Shown in pieces: positions 35,605-45,061 of a stretch of 64,000 nucleotides of DNA (its first letter is position 1; each line of letters opens with the position of its first letter). The position numbers and the translations under genes were made by a program. The stretch is from contig JASTWF010000033.1 in the NCBI GenBank assembly GCA_030390025.1, forward strand, positions 932,001 to 996,000. Direction: 5' to 3'. The notes under the pieces were generated by a model. It ran no database searches. It saw only the letters and a program-made list of their open reading frames with translations, and was not told where the DNA came from. The stretch is from Squalus acanthias. Taxonomy: Eukaryota.

Positions 35605-36640
35605 CAACACCAGGTTATAGTCCAACAGCTTTATTTGAAATCACAAGCTTTCGGAGCTGCTGACGAAGGAGCAGAAGCAGCAGAGTGGTGGTCTCTGTGA
35701 CCAGGAAGAGGAGAAGGAGAAGGAGAACAGACAGCAGGCCACCACCAACACCCAACAACCACAACAACTGAGGTGCCTGGAGAGAGAGGACAGGAGAGGA
35801 GAAGGAAAAGAAAGGAAGGCCAAGGCCATTAACAACAGAAGAGAGGCCTTTCCACCACTGCCTCCTCAATTGGCCTCCATTTTAGGAGAGGGAGAGAGGG
35901 GAGAAAACATCACAAACAAACATCATCTGTTTGGAAGGAGGAGGAAGGAATGAAAGAAACATCTACAGGTGGGTGATCTATTTGGTGCACTCTCCCAGAG
36001 ACTTTGTTTTGTAGGTGGGGGGAGGAAAGAAGAAAAAGAAGAAGGCCGGAACATCCAAGGGGTGTGTGTGTGTGTGTGTGTGGCTTCTGTAAAAGCTAGG
36101 CCGCACACACCATATTAAACACCCCTTTCCCATTGCCTGACCTGGGACAGCTGGAGCTGCCTAGGTGAAGTCCCCAATTAATTTAATCTTATTGGGCATC
36201 GTTAAGACCTGGTGCAGGACTGAGCCTGGGCATCTCCAGCTATCCCAGGTGAAGACATCTTCTCCCCCCACCAGAAGACCACCACCAAAGACTTTTATTA
36301 CATCGGAGAGTGCACCCCCCTGCCAACACCCACCCACCCACCATCCTGAGTGGCGACCCTGCCCTTGCGGCTTCCCTCCTTCCCACCCCCTCTCTCTCTC
36401 TCTTTGTCTCTTGTCTCTCTCTGCCTCTCTCTCTAAGAGGCACCTCAATCTATTTTAATTAAGTACCTATTGAGCAGAGGGGAGAAGGCCCCTCTCCCAA
36501 TTAATTCATATAAAGGGAGAGGTGTGCCTTCAATTTAAGAGCTCCCTCTGCTCAGGGGAAAACATGAACAAAAACCGAGGCCATTAACACCTTCAGGCCT
36601 GTGACTTGGGGTGAGTGTAGCCCTTAAAGACCAACCCATC

Positions 36641-38803
36641 ATGGCGACCACATCTTCGCCGGTGGCGGGGGCAGCGAGGACATACGCGAGCGTGGCAGCC
36701 GCGGCCACGGCCGCAGCCACGAGTCCTCCTGTTACCCCGTCACCTTTTACCCTCCTTACGAGGAAGAATGGGGTCAAGAGCTACACTCACCCCAACATGA
36801 CTGTAGAGGCGTGCGTAAAAGCCATGGCTGGGGTTGTCGGCCCTTCAGCCATCGTCGCCGCCTCTAAAATGTACGGCAAGGCTGTGTTCTTCCTGGGGTC
36901 GGAGCGGGCGGTGTCCCTGGCCATCGAGAAGGGGCTCACCGTGGGCGGGACCTTCCTGCCGGTGGACCCCCTTGAGGCCACCGCGCAAAGGATTGTGGTT
37001 TCCAACGTCCCGCCCTTTGTTCCGGGTGAGCTCCTCCTCCCCCACCTACGTCAACTGGGGGAGGTGAGGTCGGGGATCACACCCATCCCGCTCGGCTTCC
37101 GGGAAGCCAGCCTTCGGCACGTCTTCTCCTTCCGGCGCCAGCTTTTCGTCCGGCTGGCGCGTGAGGAGGACGCGGATGGCGCGTTCACGGTGCTCCACGG
37201 GGGGACCGCCCACCGCGTCTTCTGGACCTCGGACGGCGTGCGGTGCTACGCCTGGAAGGAGGTGGGGCACGTCCGCAAAAACTGCCCCGCCTCCAAGGCC
37301 GCCACGACACCTGGCGCGGCCAGGGCTGGCGCCGCCGCCCCCCCTCCCCCTGATACTGTCCGCGCGTCGACGGCGACGGATGCGCGGTCGAAATCGGAGG
37401 CCAACGCCACCACGGCCTCCGGCGGGGAGGAGGGAGAGCGTCCGGGGGGAAGGAAGGCGCGCAGAAAAAATAAACACCTAAGGGCGGATCCCCTCGTGGA
37501 GGAAACATCCGAGTTGACCGAACTCACGCCCGAGTACATCGCGGAGTTGATCGGGACGCATGAGACTGGGGGGGTCCTCGTGCCCGGGCCCGTGCCCGTG
37601 CCCGTGACCGCAACTGCCGAGGCCGCTGAATCAAGACCTGCGGCCGGGCTCGGGCCCGAGGGGCCCAAGAAACCCAGTCGTCAGAATGTGGCAGAGAGGG
37701 AGGCCCCAGCAGACATGGAGGCCTCCCCCTCTCCGGGCCCCAATATGTTAAAAAGAAAGCTCCGCCCCCAGGAGGAGGAGGACTGCGAGGAGGAAGGTCC
37801 CTCCGCAGAAGGGGGGGAGTCGCCCGCCGCGGTTGCTGCGCCCCACCCCACCACCGTCATCGTCGCGCGCGAGCGGCGGGGGTCGCCTGTCCCTCGGGAG
37901 GGTGAGACAGCCGAGTCTGTCCGACCTGTGCCTCCCGGGGATGGGGAAGAGACCCTGCCCGTGGGGGGGGGCGCGGGACAACCCGCGGAGGGAAATGTAG
38001 TTCCGGAACCGTTGCTCCTCGCCGGGTCGGGCGTCCTGGGGACTGGGGCGGGCGAGGCCAAAGAGGCTGAAGCCGAGCCCGCCTTTTATAACCCAGATAT
38101 CTCCCAGGGACTGCTCGACCTGGTGGAGGATTATAACAATCCCCAGCCCGCTGGGTCGGAGGTTGGTGGCGGGGAGACAGAAAGCCCCCTGACTCCGTCT
38201 CTGATGTTGGCGCCGGACGTACTGGAGGAATTTGAGATTATTTTCTCCCCGGTTTCTCCGGTCGCTCCGGCACCTGAGGCGGGGGGGGGCCCTGAACCGC
38301 CGCCGCCTCCCGGCCCGGCGCCCCTGAAGGAGCCCAGGGTGGACTCCTCTGCCACCGATCCTGGGGGTGGGATCGTGACGGAGGCGGGGCCGGCCGGTGC
38401 GGCCGAGCCGTTCGCTGCACCCCATGTGACGGACGGGTTGGCCGCCGGTGACGACCTCCCGTAGGAGGACGGGGACTCAGTGTTGGGCACCGAGGACGAT
38501 TTGGAGTCCATCAGCAGCGAGGCGATGGACGCCCTCGTGCCCTTCACCGACTCTCCCCTCATCCCCGTAGGGGAACTCCGGGATTTTATGGCCATGAGCC
38601 AGGGTCGTCACAAGAAGATCCGGCTGGCCCTCGACAAGTGGTCGGAGCTGGCGCTGCTCGTCGTGCCCGTCCGCGCCGCCGTTAAAATCATGGGCGCGGA
38701 CAAGGACGTTGGCCGGCTTGAGCTGCGTCGGCTCAAGAGTTTCCACACTGGGCTGCTGAGGGAGTGGCGGTCGTCAGTGACCGCGCTCCCTCCCCTCCGT
38801 TAG
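36641..38803 (+). pseudogene. Tx1 copy 3 ORF1, one premature stop
   Basis: Single frame; TAG at 38462-38464 where copy 1 has GAG; knuckle altered to CYAW. Confidence 0.92.
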
Positions 38804-38828
38804 GTAGAGGTTGCACTATGCTTCTGAG

Positions 38829-41800
38829 ATGAAGATAACCATAGCCAGCCTCAACATCAACGGCAGCAGGGAGGCGTGCCGTAGATTCAATAACTTCTCG
38901 GTCCTTCGGGACGGGAAATATGCGGTGTGCTTCCTGCAAGAAACCCACACCGTTCCGGGAGACGAGGCCACGTGGCTCCTGGAGTGGCAAGGAGGGGTCA
39001 GCATGAGTCACCTCTCTAACAATTCCTGCGGGGTGGCTGTCTTGCTGGCCCCACATTTTCAGACGGAGATCTTGAAGGTCAAGGAGCACGTGCCGGGCCG
39101 CTTGCTCCAGGTCACTGTTCGCCTTGGAGGCGTGCCGCTCCATTTAGTGAACGTGTACGCCCCCCGGACCGGTGCGCAGCACGTGCGCTTCTTCGGAGAA
39201 GTGTCCGCTCTTCTGGGCTCCATCGACGTGGGCGAGTGCGTCATCCTCGGGGGGGATTTCAATTGTACCCTCGAGGCGCGGGACCGGTCGGGTCCCCCGC
39301 GAAGCCCGGCGGCGATGGAGAAGTTGCGGGACCTGGTCGGGTCCTTCGACTTGGTGGACGTCTGGCGAAATCTCCATCCCGACTCCAGCGCCTTCACGAG
39401 CGTGAGGTCTGGAGGAGGAAGGTCCAGAGTCGACCGCCTTTACATTTCCCGGGCGTACGTCTCCTGCGTTCCGGCGGCTTCCATGCAGCCGGTGCCGTGC
39501 ACGGACCACCACCTGGTGTGGGCGGAGCTCGCTCCGCTGCGCGCGCGGGGGGGTTCCGCGTACTGGCATTTTAACAACCTGCTGCTGGAGGACGCGCGGT
39601 TCCGGGATTCGTTTCGCCGGTTCTGGGCCGACTGGAGAAGGAAGCGGGGAGGCTTCCCCTCCTTGAGGCTAAGGTGGGACGTGGGCAAGGCTCACGTCCG
39701 CGTCTTCTGTCAGGAGTACGCGAAGGGGTCGACCAAGAGGCGGGAGGCCCGGGTCGGGCGATTGGAGAAAGAAGTGCTCGACCTGGAGTCCCGTCTCGGT
39801 CAAGTCGTCGAGGACCCGGCCCTGCGGAAGGTGTACGAAGAGAAGAAGGGTGCGCTGAAGGACCTGCAGCTGGCCGGGTCCTGAGGCGCGTACGTGAGGT
39901 CGCGGATCCAGTTCCTGCGGGACCTGGACCGCGGCTCCCCCTTCTTCTACTCGCTGGAAAAAAGACGGGGGGTCCGTAAGCAGCTCTTGGGGCTGCTGGC
40001 CGACGACGGATCTCTTGTCTCGGATCCGGAGGGCATCAGCGCGGAGGCCCGGGCCTATTACGGGGCTCTGTTCTCTTCGGATCCGTCCAGCGAGGATGCG
40101 CGCAGAGTTTTGTGGGAGGACCTGCCGAAGGTCGGCCCGGAGTGCGCCGAGAATTTAGAAGCTCCGCTAAGCCTGGCGGAGCTGACCGGCGCCCTGCGCC
40201 AGCTCTCGAGGGGCAAGTCCCCGGGGCTGGACGGGCTGACCGTGGAGTTCCACAGGGCATTCTGGGACATCTTGGGGGACGACTACGCGCAGGTCCTGGG
40301 GGAAAGTCTGGCGACCGGGGAGATGCCCCTCTCTTGGCGCAGGGCGGTCATCGTCCTGCTGCCCAAGAAGGGCGATCTCCGCCTACTTAAGAACTGGCGC
40401 TCGGTCTCCCTCCTCAGCACGGACTACAAAATTTTCGCCAGGGCTATGTCTGCTCGCCTTGGCACCGTGCTGGCCCGCATGATCCACCCCGACCAGTCCT
40501 ACACGGTCCCGGGCCGGAGCATCCACGATAACATCCATCTGGTCCGGGACCTGGTCCACCATTCCCAGAGGGCTGGTCTGTCGGTCGCCTTCCTTTCCCT
40601 GGATCAGGAGAAGGCGTTCGACAGGGTGGATCACGAGTATCTTTTCGGGACTCTGCGCGCATTCGGGTTCGGGACGCATTTCGTCGCCCGGATCCGACTT
40701 CTGTACGCCGCCGCGGAGTGTCTCATTAAAGTTAACGGGTCTTTGACGGCGCCCCTTCGCTTCGGGAGGGGGGTGCGTCAGGGATGCCCCATGTCCGGTC
40801 AGTTATACGCCGTTTGCGTGGAGCCTTTCCTGCGCCTCTTGCGGAAGAGGTTGACGGGACTGGCTCTGCAAGGGCCGGGCGTGGAGGTGGTCCTCTCAGC
40901 TTACGCCGATGACGTGCTCCTCGCGGTCACGGATCCCGTCGACTTGCGGAGGATGCGAGAATGCCAGCAGATTTACTCGGACGCATCCTCCGCCAAGATC
41001 AACTGGGAGAAATGTTCTGGACTCCTGGTGGGCCCATGGCGGGTGGACTCCCTGCCGGAGGAGTTCGGGCCTTTCGCCTGGAGCACCACGCACCTCCTCT
41101 ACCTGGGAGTCTACCTCAGCCCGGCCGAGGACGCCTGGCCGGCGAACTGGCAAGAGCTGGAGGCCAAAGTCACCGCTCGCCTAGGGCGCTGGACAGGACT
41201 GCTCCGAGTGTTGTCCTACAGGGGTCGAGCGCTGGTCATAAACCAGCTGGTGGCCGCCATGTTGTGGTACCGGTTGATCACTTTGATCCCTCCCCCTGCG
41301 TTTGTCGCCAAGATGCAGAAGAAGCTTGTCGACTTCTTCTGGGACAAAAGGAAGCACTGGGTCTCTGCCGCGGTTTTGAGTCTCCCGCTTAGGGAGGGTG
41401 GTCAGGCGCTGGTGTGCCTTCGCACCCAGGCGGCGACTTTCCGTCTTCAGACGCTGCAGAGATACCTGTACGTGGAGAATCCTCCTAGGTGGCGTGCGCT
41501 GGCGACGTATTTCTTCCGCCAGCTGCACGGCCTCAATTACGACACGCAGCTCCTGTTTGTGAGAGTGGGTGGCACGCGTGCCAGCCTGCGGGAGCTGCCT
41601 GTCTTCTACCAGGAACTGCTATGGGTTTGGAACAGCGTCGCCTCCGAGCGCAGTTCTCCCCCGTCAGGAGCGGCGGCCGTCCTTCGGGAGCCACTGTTCA
41701 GGAATTCGCACCTCCACGACCGCGGGTTCGGCTGGCTGGCGGAGGGCAGGGCTGTGCCCGGTAAGGTGACCAGAGTCGGGGACCTGCTCGATGGCAGAGG

Positions 41801-42728
41801 AGCGGGCTGGATGGCGCCGGAGGAGTTGGCGAGGCGCATGTCCTGGGTCAACGTCCGGCTCGCGGTCAAAGCCATCGAGTCGCTAAAAGTGGCACTGGGC
41901 CCCGTCTCCACTAGGTGTGTCGAGGAGGCTCAGGCACGTGGGGCGATCCCGTCCGATCTGACCCCCGTTCGGACGGAATTCCTTATCGGCGCCCGGCCCC
42001 GAATCCTCCCTCGGGAGCCGCCACCTCACCACTTGAGCCTTCTCGGAGAAATGCCCTCCGTGCCCTTTCAATCCGCACGGAGGCGTTTCCTGTACGGGCT
42101 GCTCCTGCACACTCTCCACTTTGCCATCTTCGTCTGCCGTCCGGACACGCCTTGGCGTACCATCCTGCCGTCCAGCGGAGGCGAAGGTCCCCATTGGAAG
42201 GCTCTCTACGCGGGAGTCTTCCCTTGTTCTATTGGGGACTTGGCCTGGAGGGTGTTGCACGGAGCAGTCCCGTGCAATAGGATTTTAAGTAGGTTTACGG
42301 ACTCCCAGGCTGCTTGCCATTTCTGCGGCCTGGAGGAGTCCGTCTATCACATTTATGTTGAATGTGAGAGGTTGCAGCCCCTCTTTCATTATTTGAAGGG
42401 GCTGCTCCTCAATTTCAGGTTGCACTTCAGCCCCACGCTCCTGATCTACGGTCACCCGGTGCGGAGGGGAGCGGGTAGGTCGGAGGACCTCCTCGTAGGA
42501 CTGCTCCTGGGCCTGGCCAAGAAAGCCATTAATTGGTCCAGGCAGCGGGCGGTCGAGGGGGTCGTTCGGCCCGATTGCCTGCCTCTCTTCCGCGGCCGTG
42601 TTCGCGCCCGGGTGGCCCTGGAGATGGAGCACGCGGTGTACGCCGGCACGCTTGAGTTTTTCCGCGACCGGTGGGCGCCGCGGGGGCTGGAGTGCATCGT
42701 CACCCCGGACTTCCAAATTTTGATTTGA
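38829..42728 (+). pseudogene. Tx1 copy 3 ORF2, one premature stop
   Basis: APE, RT (YADD) and Cys-rich motifs; TGA at 39882-39884 where copy 1 has CGA. Confidence 0.95.
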
Positions 42729-42809
42729 TTTATTAAGTTTCATTTAAAGTTTTAATTGATTTACAGTAAATTTTGATTTGTCAACCAAAAAGAGCAACAC
42801 CAGGTTATA

Positions 42810-42832
42810 TTGATTTGTCCAACCAAAAAGAG
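42810..42832 (+). mobile_element. Tx1 copy 4, 23-bp extreme 5' truncation (TTGATTTGTCCAACCAAAAAGAG)
   Basis: Last 23 nt of the element between target copies at 42795-42809 and 42833-42847 (one mismatch). Confidence 0.75.
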
Positions 42833-42897
42833 CAACACCAGGTTCTAGTCCAACAGATTTATTTAAAATTACAAGCTTTCGGAGCTGTCGCCACTTC
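42833..42897 (-). mobile_element. PLE terminal repeat fragment, right part
   Basis: Same sequence and truncation point as 32846-32910. Confidence 0.9.
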
Positions 42898-42904
42898 TAT
42901 CTCT

Positions 42905-44188
42905 AATTAGAGATAGATGACAGGGTCATTGAGGGGAACACAGTAACTGTAATTCGAGCTGGAGGACAAGGTAATTTGGGGGAACACAGTAACTGTAATT
43001 AGAGATAGATGACAGGGTCATTGAGGGGAACACAGTAAATGTAATTAGAGATAGAGGACAAGGTAATTTAGGGGAACACAGTAACTGTGTAATTAAAGAT
43101 GGAGGACAGGGTAATTTAGTGGATCACAGGAACTGTGTAATTAGAGATGTAGGACAGGGTAATTTAGGGGAACCCAGTATTGTGTAATTAGAGATAGAGG
43201 ACAGGGTAATTTAGGGGAACCCAGTAACTGTGTAATTAGAGAGAGAGGACAGGGTAATTTAGGAGAAAATTGAACTGTGTAATTAGTGATAGAGGACAGG
43301 GTAATTTAGGGGAACACAGTAACTGTGTAATTAGAGATAGAGGAGAGGGTAATTTAGGGGAACACATTAACTGTGTAATTAGAGATAGAGGACAGGGTAA
43401 TTTAGGGGAACAGTAACTGTGTAATTAGAGATAGAGGACAGGGTAATTTAGGGGAACACAGTAACTGTAATTAGAGATAGAGGGCAGGGTAATTTAGGGG
43501 AACACATTAACTGTGTAATTAGAGATAGAGGACAGGTTAATTTAGGGGAACACATTAACTGTGTAATTAGAGATAGAGGACAGGCTAATTTAGGGGAACA
43601 CAGTAACTGTAATTAGAGATAGAGGTCAGGGTAATTTAGGGGAACACAGTAACTGTGTAATTAGAGATAGAGTGCAGGGTAATTTAGGGGAACACAGTAA
43701 CACAGCAATTAGAGATAGAGGACAGGGTAATTTAGGGGAACACAGTAACTGTAATTAGAGATAGAGGGCAGGGTAATTTAGGGGAACACATTAACTGTGT
43801 AATTAGAGATAGAGGACAGGTTAATTTAGGGGAACACATTAACTGTGTAATTAGAGATAGAGGACAGGCTAATTTAGGGGAACACAGTAACTGTAATTAG
43901 AGATAGAGGTCAGGGTAATTTAGGGGAACACAGTAACTGTGTAATTAGAGATAGAGGACAGGGTAATTTAGGGGAACACAGTAACTTTGTAATTAGAGAT
44001 AGAGGACAGGGTAATTTAGGGGAACGCAGTCAGTGTTTAATTAGAGATAGCGTGCAGGGTAATTTAGGGGAACACAGAAACTGTGTAAGTAGAGCTAGAG
44101 GACAGGGTAATTTAGGGGAACACATAACTGTAATCAGAGATAGAGGGGAGGGTAATTTAGGGGAACAAAATAACTGTGTAATTAGAGA
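42905..44188 (+). repeat. 48/46-bp satellite block 3
   Basis: Tandem units. Confidence 0.97.
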
Positions 44189-44231
44189 AGTCGCACAACA
44201 CCAGGTTATAGTCCAACAGATTTATTTAATT

Positions 44232-44269
44232 TTACAAGCTTTCGGAGCTGTCGATCCTTCCTCAGGTAA
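44232..44269 (-). ncRNA. Minimal type I hammerhead ribozyme motif, one stem II mismatch
   Basis: Minus strand TTAC CTGAGGA A GGATC GACA GCTCC GAAA GC TT GTAA. Confidence 0.75.
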
Positions 44270-44467
44270 GTTAGCAGTGAGAGAATCTCCCAGAATTCAC
44301 AATTTAAACACAGACAAAATCTATTCAAATCTTTCCCTACATCAAAGACACACTAAGAGCACAGCCAAGACAATGAGATGTGTCCCAGGGCGTCCAACGT
44401 GTCAAACCACCTGCTGGCTGCATATCCAGTCAATTTGTGTTGGTTCTTGTGTTAGTCTTTTTAAACG

Positions 44468-44785
44468 GCCAACGTTGTCTACCTGATACGTTGCAGTAAA
44501 GGATGCTCCAGAGCATGGTACATCGGCGAGACCATGCAGACACTGAGACATCGTATGAACGGACACCGCGCAACAATCGCCAGGCAGGAGGGTTGCCTCC
44601 CAGTCGGGGAACACTTCAGCAGCCAGGGGCATTCAGCCTCGGATCTGCGGGTAATCGTTCTCCAAGGCGGCCTTCGGGTTACACGACAGCGCAAAATCAT
44701 AGAGCAGAAACTGATAGCCAAGTTACGCACTCATGAGGATGGCCTCAATCGCGATATCGGGTTCATGTCACGATACAGAACGTGA
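44468..44785 (+). pseudogene. PLE GIY-YIG endonuclease C-terminal coding fragment
   Basis: ANVVYLIRCSKGCSRAWYIGETMQTLRHRMNGHR..VGEHF..H..EQKLIAKLRTHEDGLNRD*: VVY/YIG, conserved R, E and GLN motifs. Confidence 0.92.
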
Positions 44786-45023
44786 CTTGACATCATGGCC
44801 GGTCTTCCCAGGTGTTTTTTCTTGTTGTTTAAAAAGACTAACACAAGAACCAACACAAATTGACAGGCTTTGCAGCCATCAGGTGGTTTGACACGTTGGA
44901 CCCCCTGGGACACATCTCATTGTCTTGGCTGTGCTCTTAGTGTGTCTTTGATGTAGGGAAAGATTTGAATAGATTTTGTCTGTGGTTAAATTGTGAATTC
45001 TGGGAGATTCTCTCACTGCTAAC

Positions 45024-45061
45024 TTACCTGAGGAAGGAGCGACAGCTCCGAAAGCTTGTAA
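45024..45061 (+). ncRNA. Minimal type I hammerhead ribozyme motif
   Basis: TTAC CTGAGGA A GGAGC GACA GCTCC GAAA GC TT GTAA: stem I TTAC/GTAA, CUGANGA core, 5-bp stem II, GAAA, palindromic stem III region, CUU triplet. Confidence 0.85.

Larger units (their letters stand above)
35620..42794 (+). mobile_element. Tx1 copy 3, full-length (7175 bp)
   Basis: Uninterrupted 5'UTR, ORF1, ORF2, 3'UTR; duplication at 35605-35619 and 42795-42809. Confidence 0.96.

Noticed and set aside
35620..35720. A functional self-cleaving ribozyme at the Tx1 5' end
   Set aside because: The CUGACGA and GAAA halves are on opposite strands, and I could not build a complete fold by eye. A covariance-model search would be needed to exclude other ribozyme types.
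26587..42743. Many overlapping alternative-frame and antisense ORFs within Tx1
   Set aside because: Expected from high GC content; they show no motifs and recur only because the element is repeated.
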